The notes under the pieces are model-generated. The model saw nothing but the letters and a program-made list of their open reading frames with translations. It ran no database searches and was not told where the DNA came from. This document shows, in pieces, positions 17,115 to 24,063 of a stretch of DNA of 64,000 bases. The stretch is from a virus, in IMG/VR virus record IMGVR_UViG_3300012039_000001; one strand, given 5' to 3'. The position numbers and the translations under genes are program-made. Positions within the stretch are counted from its first letter, which is position 1, and every line of letters begins with the position of its first letter.

Positions 17115-17366
17115 ATGAAAATAAGAACAGATAAAGTACACACTTTTGTCTGGCTCTCTAAAAGAGATACGTTTAGATGGGCACATAGGCCGCATAAATC
17201 GTGGCCATGTTCTACTATAAGCGACAAGAGGATTTTCGTAAAAATGAAAAAGAAGGGAGGGGATCTAGTAGATCTGAGAGTAAATGGTAAATATCCAAAA
17301 AGCTTGGATATGGAAGAGTTGAGGTATTGTTTGAAGGATTTGTTGAAAGGAAAAGGAAATGATTGA
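17115..17366 (+). CDS. hypothetical protein
   Basis: 83-aa ORF. Its stop overlaps the start of the Ubl gene. Confidence 0.5.
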   Translation: MKIRTDKVHTFVWLSKRDTFRWAHRPHKSWPCSTISDKRIFVKMKKKGGDLVDLRVNGKYPKSLDMEELRYCLKDLLKGKGND

Positions 17367-17610
17367 CGTAACATTGGTCAGTAATAGTGGTGATGGTCGT
17401 ACTCGTAGTTTGTCTGCAAGAGACGGAGTTCTTCTAGAGGATTTTCTAGAGGTAAACTTCGATGGTGACGTTAGTGACTTTTCTATCTCGGTTCGTCGAG
17501 ATGGAGACAATATGCGAGTTGGAACTGACTTTGAATTGTCAGAGTCACTTGAGGACGGCGATCGCGTATCCCTCGCACCGAAGAAGGTAGAGGGGGCTGT
17601 AACTCTTTAA
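17359..17610 (+). CDS. ubiquitin-like beta-grasp protein (ThiS/MoaD-like Ubl), non-GG C-terminus
   Basis: 83 aa. 'MIDVTLV' first strand, 'LEDFLE' helix region and 'LEDGDRVSLAPKKVEGAVTL' (compare ThiS/MoaD 'L.DGD.V.i.P.v.GG'). Hand count gives ~46% G+C versus ~28% at the start of the next gene. Confidence 0.6.
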   Translation: MIDVTLVSNSGDGRTRSLSARDGVLLEDFLEVNFDGDVSDFSISVRRDGDNMRVGTDFELSESLEDGDRVSLAPKKVEGAVTL

Positions 17611-17631
17611 TTAGTAAGGAGTTATGAAAAT

Positions 17632-17669
17632 GGGGTGGATCTCGAAAGGGGTCCACCCCTATTTTTTTT
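17632..17669 (+). terminator. rho-independent terminator after the Ubl gene
   Basis: 12-bp stem GGGGTGGATCTC / GGGGTCCACCCC (two G-U pairs) closed by a GAAA tetraloop and followed by TATTTTTTTT. Confidence 0.8.
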
Positions 17670-17693
17670 ATCAACTTCTCTCTAGGGGAGTAA

Positions 17694-18896
17694 ATGAGTA
17701 AAAGACAGGAAAATAAAGAAAGATTAATCCAAAAAATAACCGACAAAATTGTACACGATCTTGAATCAAAGCGTTATTACTTACAAAAGACTAACGGAGT
17801 AGAGACACTATATAGGCATTTTGATCTTTATTTTTATAGAGATCAAATAAGAAAAATAGAAAAAGCAGAGTTAAGAAAGTTTCCGTTAAAACTTGCTGCA
17901 AAGAAAATATTTAATGTTATAAAATCTAGACTAGAAGATATTTCAGCTTCAACGTCTAATATACTTAAAGGAATGACAGAAGAAATAAAGGTAGACAAAA
18001 AACAAATTTCAGAAGAAATAAAATGTCTATTTGAATTATTTGATAAAGTAAGATATAACAATGGAATCTTAACCGCTGTAACTAGATCGGATATCATTCT
18101 AGAAGAAGGTGGGGATTATGAAACAAACTTTGGGAAATTCACGATTGTATTTAACTTTGAATCTCCAGACGTAGGTGCCGAAGCCTTGACTCCAAAACCA
18201 TGCCCTGGCGACTCATCAATAACTCACCCACATGTGAAAAATGACTGTATATGCACAGGAGATGGATATGACATTATACATACAGCAAAAGACGAGAACA
18301 GATTCTCAGATATATTCATAATATGTGAACGCATATTACAAACGTACTCCCCGGACAGTCCACATGCTCAAATAGAAAGTTGGCATGAGGAACAATGTAG
18401 ATGTAGTGAGTGTGGAGATTATATAGGTTCTGAAGATGTATATGATTGTTATAATTGTGGGGATTTATTATGCCATAGTTGCTGCATATCATGTTCTGTT
18501 TGCGACCGCTTGTCGTGCGGTAATTGTTATGAGTTTTGTGAGACGTGTGAAAATTCTTATTGCAATAATCACACTTGCAAAGAAGAGTGCAAGAACTGTA
18601 ATAAGGAAATATGTAGAGAAACTCAGGAAAAATGCAACACATGCGATAAAGAATGTTGTGAAGAGTGCCTTCGTATTTGCGATTTATGTCAATCGGTAAA
18701 TTGCACTGATTGTTGTTCTTCTTGTGGGTCATGCGACCAATTAACGTGCGAAAATTGCATAGATGATTGCGTAGAATGCGAGAAGAAATTATGTTCTGAT
18801 TGTGGTAAAGATTGCGATTATTGTGGCGAAAAAGTTTGCGAAAATTGCGAAACCATTTGTTGTCTTTTTAAGGAAAAAGAAAATGCCGGAACCTAG
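17694..18896 (+). CDS. E2 (UBC)-like protein fused to a C-terminal tandem CxxC zinc-knuckle-like array
   Basis: aa 177-192 'THPHVKNDCICTGDGY' resembles the UBC 'HPN...G.ICL' active site (candidate Cys187). aa 235-390 contain ~43 Cys in a 15-aa periodic C-x2-C-x4-C-x2-C pattern. The N-terminal ~230 aa are paralogous to 19816..20532. Confidence 0.65.
   Translation: MSKRQENKERLIQKITDKIVHDLESKRYYLQKTNGVETLYRHFDLYFYRDQIRKIEKAELRKFPLKLAAKKIFNVIKSRLEDISASTSNILKGMTEEIKVDKKQISEEIKCLFELFDKVRYNNGILTAVTRSDIILEEGGDYETNFGKFTIVFNFESPDVGAEALTPKPCPGDSSITHPHVKNDCICTGDGYDIIHTAKDENRFSDIFIICERILQTYSPDSPHAQIESWHEEQCRCSECGDYIGSEDVYDCYNCGDLLCHSCCISCSVCDRLSCGNCYEFCETCENSYCNNHTCKEECKNCNKEICRETQEKCNTCDKECCEECLRICDLCQSVNCTDCCSSCGSCDQLTCENCIDDCVECEKKLCSDCGKDCDYCGEKVCENCETICCLFKEKENAGT
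18447..18863 (+). repeat. degenerate 45-nt (15-codon) tandem coding repeat, ~9 units
   Basis: TGY codons recur in phase: Cys at aa 252/255/260/263, 267/270/275/278, 282/285/290, 299/302/307, 314/317/322/325, 329/332/337/340, 344/347/352/355, 359/362/367/370 and 374/377/382/385. Confidence 0.75.
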
Positions 18897-19812
18897 ATTA
18901 AGATTTACACCATATTCCTGGGCAAAAATTTTATATATGCGAGACGCCGGAGATACAGAAATAGGTGGGTTCGCAATTTTAGATAAAGAAGATCCATTGC
19001 TTGTTATAGATTTTCACTTAATAAAACAAAAATGCTGTTCTGTAACCGTTGAACTAGATGAAGAAGATACTATTAAGTTTGCTGAAGAAATGTCAGACTT
19101 AGGTTATGAACCTTTTCAATATCAAAATTGCTGGATACATACGCATCCTGGCAATTGTGCAAAGCCGAGCATGAATGATGAAGAAAATTTTGAAAAGAAT
19201 TTTAGCCACCCTCACTGGGCTATATTTGTTATAGTGGCAAAAGGTGGAGACAAATACTGTAGAGTTAAATATAATGTAGGGCCAAAGATAGATGTAGACA
19301 TAGATTGTGTAATTGACTATTCCACAGAATTTGATGCGGCAAATTTTGAAGAGTGGCAAAAGGAATACGAAGATAAGGTAACAAAGGAAGAGATAGTAAG
19401 AATATTATCAGATGGAAGTGCTTTTAACAAGTTCCATCCTTGCAGTAACTTAGTTAACGATAACGAAAAAGATTTCAATTACGAGTATGATGAAATAGGA
19501 AGATCTCCAAATAAAGATATTGGAAGACCATTAGACAATGATTATTGGAAATCAATGTATTCTGGATATAAAGACAGAAAAGAAGAAGCTATAGAAATGC
19601 ATTTGCAAGATGGTGCAATATGGTTCTGGATAGACGATGAAGATGATATTTATAAATATGATATATTAACTGAGACGTTCTATAACGATGCGGGAGAAGA
19701 GATTGACGAAGACGATGATCTTGAGAAAAACGTAATAAGACAAGTAAAAAGAAAAGCTAAAGCAGAATTAAAAAATGGCTTGGTAGAAGTTGGCCAAAAG
19801 ACAATGGAGTAA
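18883..19812 (+). CDS. JAB/MPN (JAMM) metallopeptidase with acidic C-terminal extension
   Basis: Exact JAMM motif: E26 (DTEIGGF) ... H86-T-H88-PGNCAKP-S96-MN-D99. ATG 18883 overlaps the upstream gene by 14 nt. 309 aa. Confidence 0.8.
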   Translation: MPEPRLRFTPYSWAKILYMRDAGDTEIGGFAILDKEDPLLVIDFHLIKQKCCSVTVELDEEDTIKFAEEMSDLGYEPFQYQNCWIHTHPGNCAKPSMNDEENFEKNFSHPHWAIFVIVAKGGDKYCRVKYNVGPKIDVDIDCVIDYSTEFDAANFEEWQKEYEDKVTKEEIVRILSDGSAFNKFHPCSNLVNDNEKDFNYEYDEIGRSPNKDIGRPLDNDYWKSMYSGYKDRKEEAIEMHLQDGAIWFWIDDEDDIYKYDILTETFYNDAGEEIDEDDDLEKNVIRQVKRKAKAELKNGLVEVGQKTME

Positions 19813-19815
19813 ACT

Positions 19816-20532
19816 ATGACAAAAGATAAAAATATCGAAGATATAGCAAAAAAAATATTTAAATTAATTAAAAAATACTGCTTTTCAAGAGGAGAATTGA
19901 CAAAGATCCTTGATAAAGCTTCGTATGCTGTGTCTAAAAATTTTACAACAACTTTAGATAAAATTAAAAGCAAAAAAAGTAACGCAGTCAAAGAGTTGAA
20001 TAAAGATATAAATGATGCAAAAAGTTTATTCTTACTATTCTCAAATGAAATGTCTGAATATCTTCGAGATGTAGAAGATATAAGAACTAACTTTAATTTA
20101 GACCATTTTCTAGCAGAGATAAAATATTTATTTTCAATTTTTGATAAAGTTGAAATCAAAGGCACAGAAATAATGGCCTCTACAAAGGAAGATGTAATTC
20201 TTCAATGCGGTGAACAAGATATAAATATAAATCTTGGAAAATTTAGAATATGTTTTGATATAGAAATTTATTATGAGACAAAAGAGTTAAATAAAGCTAT
20301 ATTAGCAAAAGCAATAACTCCAAGATTAGATTATAGTAGAAATTATACACATCCACATGTAAATTGTAACGGAGCAATATGTCTGGGAGATGGATATTCA
20401 TTGATACAGTCAGCTATAAAAGAATATAGAATATCTGACATTTTTCAAATAGTACAATCTATTTTAAAAACATATGGCGAAGATCCAATGGTGTATTTAG
20501 ATGATTTTAGAAAAGGAGATGATGATGAATAA
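19816..20532 (+). CDS. E2 (UBC)-like protein, second paralog (no Cys array)
   Basis: 'THPHVNCNGAICLGDGY...ISDIFQIVQSILKTY' aligns with 17694..18896. Candidate catalytic Cys189. GGAG RBS at 19806-19809. Confidence 0.6.
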   Translation: MTKDKNIEDIAKKIFKLIKKYCFSRGELTKILDKASYAVSKNFTTTLDKIKSKKSNAVKELNKDINDAKSLFLLFSNEMSEYLRDVEDIRTNFNLDHFLAEIKYLFSIFDKVEIKGTEIMASTKEDVILQCGEQDININLGKFRICFDIEIYYETKELNKAILAKAITPRLDYSRNYTHPHVNCNGAICLGDGYSLIQSAIKEYRISDIFQIVQSILKTYGEDPMVYLDDFRKGDDDE

Positions 20533-21184
20533 TAGATATGCAAGACAAAAAGATTTAGTCCCAGGCGATAAAATTAAAGACATACAAATTACAGTAATAG
20601 GAACAGGAGCAATAGGTAGACAGTGTTCAATACAATTAGCAACAATGGGCGCAGTAAATTTAAATATAATAGATTTTGACACCGTAGAAGAAGCAAATTT
20701 AGGAGCACAAGGATTTTATGAACAGGATCTTAAAAAGCAAAAAGTAGAAGCAGTCAAAGAGGTTTGTCAACAAATAAATTCGTCGTGCGTTATAAATGCA
20801 ATAAATGCAAAATTCAATAAATTTATGGACCTTGGAATAAATAATGTAGTCTTTTGTTGCGTAGATTCTATTGATACGCGCAAACAAATATTTGAAGCAA
20901 TAGGCAATCAGGTAAGATTATTTATAGATGGTAGAATGTCTGCCGAATTTGGCAGAGTATTCTGTGTTTTTGATGAAAAATCTAACGATTTCTATAAGAC
21001 GCAACTCTTCCCACAAAGAGAGGCATTTAATGGAAGTTGCACGGCAAAGACAACGATTTACGCAAGTAATATAATTTCGGGGTGGATGGTCTCTCAATTT
21101 GCGAAGTGGTTAAGAGGAATTGAGCTAGATAGCGGAGTAGATATCAATATACTTACAAATGAAATAAAGGCTTATAACAAATGA
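20525..21184 (+). CDS. minimal ThiF/MoeB/E1-like adenylation enzyme
   Basis: 'RYARQ', Rossmann loop 'VIGTGAIGRQ' and 'IDFDTVEEANLGAQ' (D.D.V...NL.RQ pattern). The start is one of three tandem ATGs (20519, 20522, 20525) after AAGGAG, overlapping the upstream stop. Confidence 0.8.
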   Translation: MNNRYARQKDLVPGDKIKDIQITVIGTGAIGRQCSIQLATMGAVNLNIIDFDTVEEANLGAQGFYEQDLKKQKVEAVKEVCQQINSSCVINAINAKFNKFMDLGINNVVFCCVDSIDTRKQIFEAIGNQVRLFIDGRMSAEFGRVFCVFDEKSNDFYKTQLFPQREAFNGSCTAKTTIYASNIISGWMVSQFAKWLRGIELDSGVDINILTNEIKAYNK

Positions 21185-21492
21185 AAAACATCATCATAGT
21201 GTTTCTTTCCTTCTGGTTTTTTACTGACTTAGTGGCGACTCTATCTCAACTTGATAGTCCATATTTTTACGAGCTAAACCCAATAGCTAATTATTTTATA
21301 GTAAATTATGGAGCATTTGGTCTTTGTTGTTTTAAAACCACAATTAGTTTTATTTCTCTATTGATTTTAAATTATTGTTTTCCACGAATAAATGATTTTG
21401 GAAAAAATTGTATATTTTACTCTTGTTTTATTATAATTTCTATTTGGACTATTAGTTGGTGTCACTATATTTATTTGTCGGTGAATCAATGA
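21181..21492 (+). CDS. small multi-pass membrane protein (DUF5658-like)
   Basis: ATGA overlap with the E1 stop. 'FTDLVATLSQL....YELNPIANYF' (D..T...E.NP pattern) plus 3-4 hydrophobic helices. Confidence 0.55.
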   Translation: MKNIIIVFLSFWFFTDLVATLSQLDSPYFYELNPIANYFIVNYGAFGLCCFKTTISFISLLILNYCFPRINDFGKNCIFYSCFIIISIWTISWCHYIYLSVNQ

Positions 21493-21719
21493 CAAAAGAA
21501 AAAATGATAGAAGCCGCCAGAATAATGAATTTACAAGGAATAAGTGATGAGCAGTTAGATTTAGCGATAGAAGCTATGGAGTTGGTATTAGCCTTCTATC
21601 ATGAAAGAGGTCTATATTTTGGCATTATAAGTTCCGCGGTTAGACAAGAACTAGAGGTTTACAGGGGTTTCAAATGGGCAAGAAGTTTAAATCGCTCGAA
21701 GAAGTGCCAAAATGGATAA
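21489..21719 (+). CDS. hypothetical protein
   Basis: ATG 21489 overlaps the previous stop (ATGA). 76 aa. Confidence 0.5.
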   Translation: MTKEKMIEAARIMNLQGISDEQLDLAIEAMELVLAFYHERGLYFGIISSAVRQELEVYRGFKWARSLNRSKKCQNG

Positions 21720-21853
21720 AATACTTATATGAACACGGTGAATATTATTTCAATCCTCCTCCTGTTTGTACGGCATATTGGACAGACTTGAGTTGGATCA
21801 ATTATATATATTGGGATAAAGAAAAATTTAAAATCTTAATTAGAAGGAGCTAA
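21674..21853 (+). CDS. hypothetical protein (59 aa, below ORF-track cutoff)
   Basis: ATG 21674 gives MGKKFKSLEEVPKWIKYLYEHGEYYFNPPPVCTAYWTDLSWINYIYWDKEKFKILIRRS. It fills the 21720-21854 gap and its stop abuts the next start. Confidence 0.35.
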   Translation: MGKKFKSLEEVPKWIKYLYEHGEYYFNPPPVCTAYWTDLSWINYIYWDKEKFKILIRRS

Positions 21854-21854
21854 A

Positions 21855-22265
21855 ATGCTAAGTCAATCTACTAAACGAGAAATTTTTGATACATTTCTTA
21901 AAGAAGTTGATGGTAAAGGAAGATGCTTTTCAACAAGAGGAATCTGTGCTTATGCTATGGTAGGCCATCCTGGCTGTGCTATTGGTTGTCAGCCAAAATT
22001 CCAAAAAGCGTGCAAGGAACTTGGTATAAATATGCTTGACCAAGAGGGTTCTATATCTACTTTCGTAGAGGAACCATCAATATATAAAAAACAAATAGAC
22101 GCAATTAAATTAGCATGGCCAGAATTTGATCCTATGACTGATGACTTTCTTAACGAACTACAAAAATTACATGATTTAAGAGAAAACTGGGAAGGCCTTA
22201 AATTAAAGAAAGAGAAAATAAAAGAATTTGCAATCAGAACACATTTATCATTCGAGGACAAATAA
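21855..22265 (+). CDS. hypothetical protein, HPGCAIGCQP family, copy 3
   Basis: 'GHPGCAIGCQP' and the C-terminal 'LHDLRENWEG' are shared with 834..1274 and 2669..3070. Confidence 0.65.
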   Translation: MLSQSTKREIFDTFLKEVDGKGRCFSTRGICAYAMVGHPGCAIGCQPKFQKACKELGINMLDQEGSISTFVEEPSIYKKQIDAIKLAWPEFDPMTDDFLNELQKLHDLRENWEGLKLKKEKIKEFAIRTHLSFEDK

Positions 22266-22706
22266 ATGTCATATATAAGGTGTACTTCAAACCCAGAAGG
22301 TCTATATGTAATACAAGAAGCTAGAGATATTGTTTTTTGGTGGCGTCCCTCTGGGTCAAAAGAGGCAGAAATTTGCACTTACGAAGCTAGATATAATGGC
22401 AAAGCTTTTAAGTCATTTATGAAGAAAATGAAAAAGAGCGATGGCTTTATTTACCATAAAGGGATAAAATATAAAGATATATCTATCAGAGAAGTAACGG
22501 CTCTATATAAAAAGAGAGATAGATATCAAAATAAAATAGTGAATATTCTTGAAGAAGATGAGTTCCCTGATGATTATAATGAAATTTATGATAAATATAC
22601 TACAAAACATCTTGTCTGTCTTCAAATAAAAGATAAACAAATTCTAATGTATGATGTTACCTGGAAATACTTTTATAATAGCTATATAGAACAAAATGAT
22701 TTATAG
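22266..22706 (+). CDS. hypothetical protein
   Basis: 146-aa ORF starting directly after the previous stop. Confidence 0.55.
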   Translation: MSYIRCTSNPEGLYVIQEARDIVFWWRPSGSKEAEICTYEARYNGKAFKSFMKKMKKSDGFIYHKGIKYKDISIREVTALYKKRDRYQNKIVNILEEDEFPDDYNEIYDKYTTKHLVCLQIKDKQILMYDVTWKYFYNSYIEQNDL

Positions 22707-23589
22707 ATTAGAAGAAATAATACCATTAATAGGTAGTGCGAATTCTAAAAGAAAGAAAATAGTTGCCTTCAAAAACGAAAATGGAGAAGCTGTCAATGTA
22801 TTAATGAATCATAAAATAAAATATGCTTCTTTCAAAAAAAGTATATCTTGTGCCTGTTGCGGTAAAAATGGAGAATATTTTCAATTAGAATATAATAAAG
22901 AAGAAAGTTCTCATTTCTTCAATCTTTATGCAGAAGATGGTACATTAATGACGGTAGACCATATAAAGCCAGTAAGTATGGGCGGGCCAAAGAAGTCTAT
23001 GTCAAATGTGCAGACGCTATGTAAAGATTGTAATGAACTAAAGGACGACAAGCTATTATCAATAGAAAAACTAAGACAAGCAAAAAAGGAGTATGATAAA
23101 CTTAAAATACAAAATCCTCATATAACAAAAACAATCTTTCATAAAAAATTCAACAATATATCTCTTAGCAAGGAGCCAAAATTGATTAAAAGACTTAATG
23201 GTACTTTGAGAATGTCTAGGGTTTCCTCTACTATAGAAGGTGATTACATCAATATAGTTGTTACAGATAAAAATAGTAAACTAATAATATTAGAGGTAAA
23301 AATACCTGAAAAGGAATGTATGAATTTTCTGTCAAGTATGATTACAGAAATTCAGATGGATTATTTTCAAAATACCGATATTGGAAAGAGAAGAGAAATA
23401 AAGATTATTGAAGTAGCTATTCCTTCAAGTCCAACCGAAGAAGAGCTAGAAGATATCTTATCTGGTATAGAAAAAACTGGGTGGAAAGCTAGTATTTATA
23501 ATTTAAAAAATGCTAAAGCGGTTAAATACGTTGAGCATCATGCCATAAAAAATATAGTGGTAGAAAGGTGGGTAGACAATGAAAGTTGA
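22696..23589 (+). CDS. HNH endonuclease
   Basis: 'CACCGKNG...MTVDHIKPVSMGGPKKSMSNVQTLCKDCNELKDD' is a canonical HNH (C..C...DH...N...C..CN) motif. Confidence 0.7.
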   Translation: MIYRLEEIIPLIGSANSKRKKIVAFKNENGEAVNVLMNHKIKYASFKKSISCACCGKNGEYFQLEYNKEESSHFFNLYAEDGTLMTVDHIKPVSMGGPKKSMSNVQTLCKDCNELKDDKLLSIEKLRQAKKEYDKLKIQNPHITKTIFHKKFNNISLSKEPKLIKRLNGTLRMSRVSSTIEGDYINIVVTDKNSKLIILEVKIPEKECMNFLSSMITEIQMDYFQNTDIGKRREIKIIEVAIPSSPTEEELEDILSGIEKTGWKASIYNLKNAKAVKYVEHHAIKNIVVERWVDNES

Positions 23590-23854
23590 TTTTGATTGCC
23601 CAACATGTGGCTCTAAAAATCTCATTGAAGTAAGAAATAATATCCAAACTGAGTCCTCTGTTGTAGAAATAGATAAAATAGGGGAAGAAATAGATATATG
23701 TTCTGATATGGTAGACATGGATTTTGGTGATCTTGTTTGTTATATGTGCGAAAACTGTGAAGACAAAATAGAAGACGAAAATGGAAATGCTGTACTAAGC
23801 GCAGAAGAATTATTTAACTGGTTAGACAAAAATAAAATGTTGAAAGGAGCATGA
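23579..23854 (+). CDS. zinc-ribbon protein
   Basis: 'CPTCGS' and 'CYMCENCED' Cys pairs. 91 aa. Confidence 0.5.
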   Translation: MKVDFDCPTCGSKNLIEVRNNIQTESSVVEIDKIGEEIDICSDMVDMDFGDLVCYMCENCEDKIEDENGNAVLSAEELFNWLDKNKMLKGA

Positions 23855-23855
23855 A

Positions 23856-24062
23856 ATGGAAAAGAATAAGACTGTAATTCATACATACCAGGAGCCATAC
23901 GTTGACGAAGATGGCAAGATTGTGGTTAAATTTGATAAAAGAATATCCAGAGCTATTATAAACCAGTTAATAAGAACGCCGGATTTTGTTAAAAGAAATA
24001 AGTCTTTATTCCGATTAGGGAAAGATCTAGAGAGATTGACAAACCAACTATATGGAAAATAA
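23856..24062 (+). CDS. hypothetical protein
   Basis: 68-aa ORF, tightly packed. Confidence 0.5.
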   Translation: MEKNKTVIHTYQEPYVDEDGKIVVKFDKRISRAIINQLIRTPDFVKRNKSLFRLGKDLERLTNQLYGK

Positions 24063-24063
24063 T

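Noticed and set aside
18316-18732. 138-aa minus-strand ORF and 87-aa alternative-frame + ORF (18436..18699) inside the Cys-repeat region
   Set aside because: Both lie entirely within the frame that carries the in-phase 15-codon Cys periodicity and continues from the E2-like domain. Their translations are low-complexity (Y/N/H/I-rich or V/I/A-rich), as expected from off-frame reading of repetitive TGY-rich DNA.
19680-20165. 161-aa minus-strand ORF antisense to the JAB gene end and the second E2-like gene
   Set aside because: Its S/F/L/I-rich low-complexity translation is typical of the antisense of a K/E/N-rich AT-rich gene. The + strand genes have recognisable motifs and RBSs, and no other minus-strand gene exists in the window.
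17359-21184. Alternative readings of the Ubl/E1 genes as ThiS-ThiF or MoaD-MoeB sulfur-carrier pairs, or as CBASS type II Cap2/Cap3
   Set aside because: No ThiG/ThiH/MoaE partner genes are present, the Ubl has no terminal GG, and two UBC-like proteins plus a JAMM peptidase are present, all arguing against sulfur transfer. No CD-NTase or effector gene is present, and E1 and E2 are separate proteins with a dedicated Ubl, arguing against CBASS.
21989-22378. 129-aa minus-strand ORF
   Set aside because: It overlaps the third HPGCAIGCQP-family paralog and the next + strand gene, and has no motif or RBS context.
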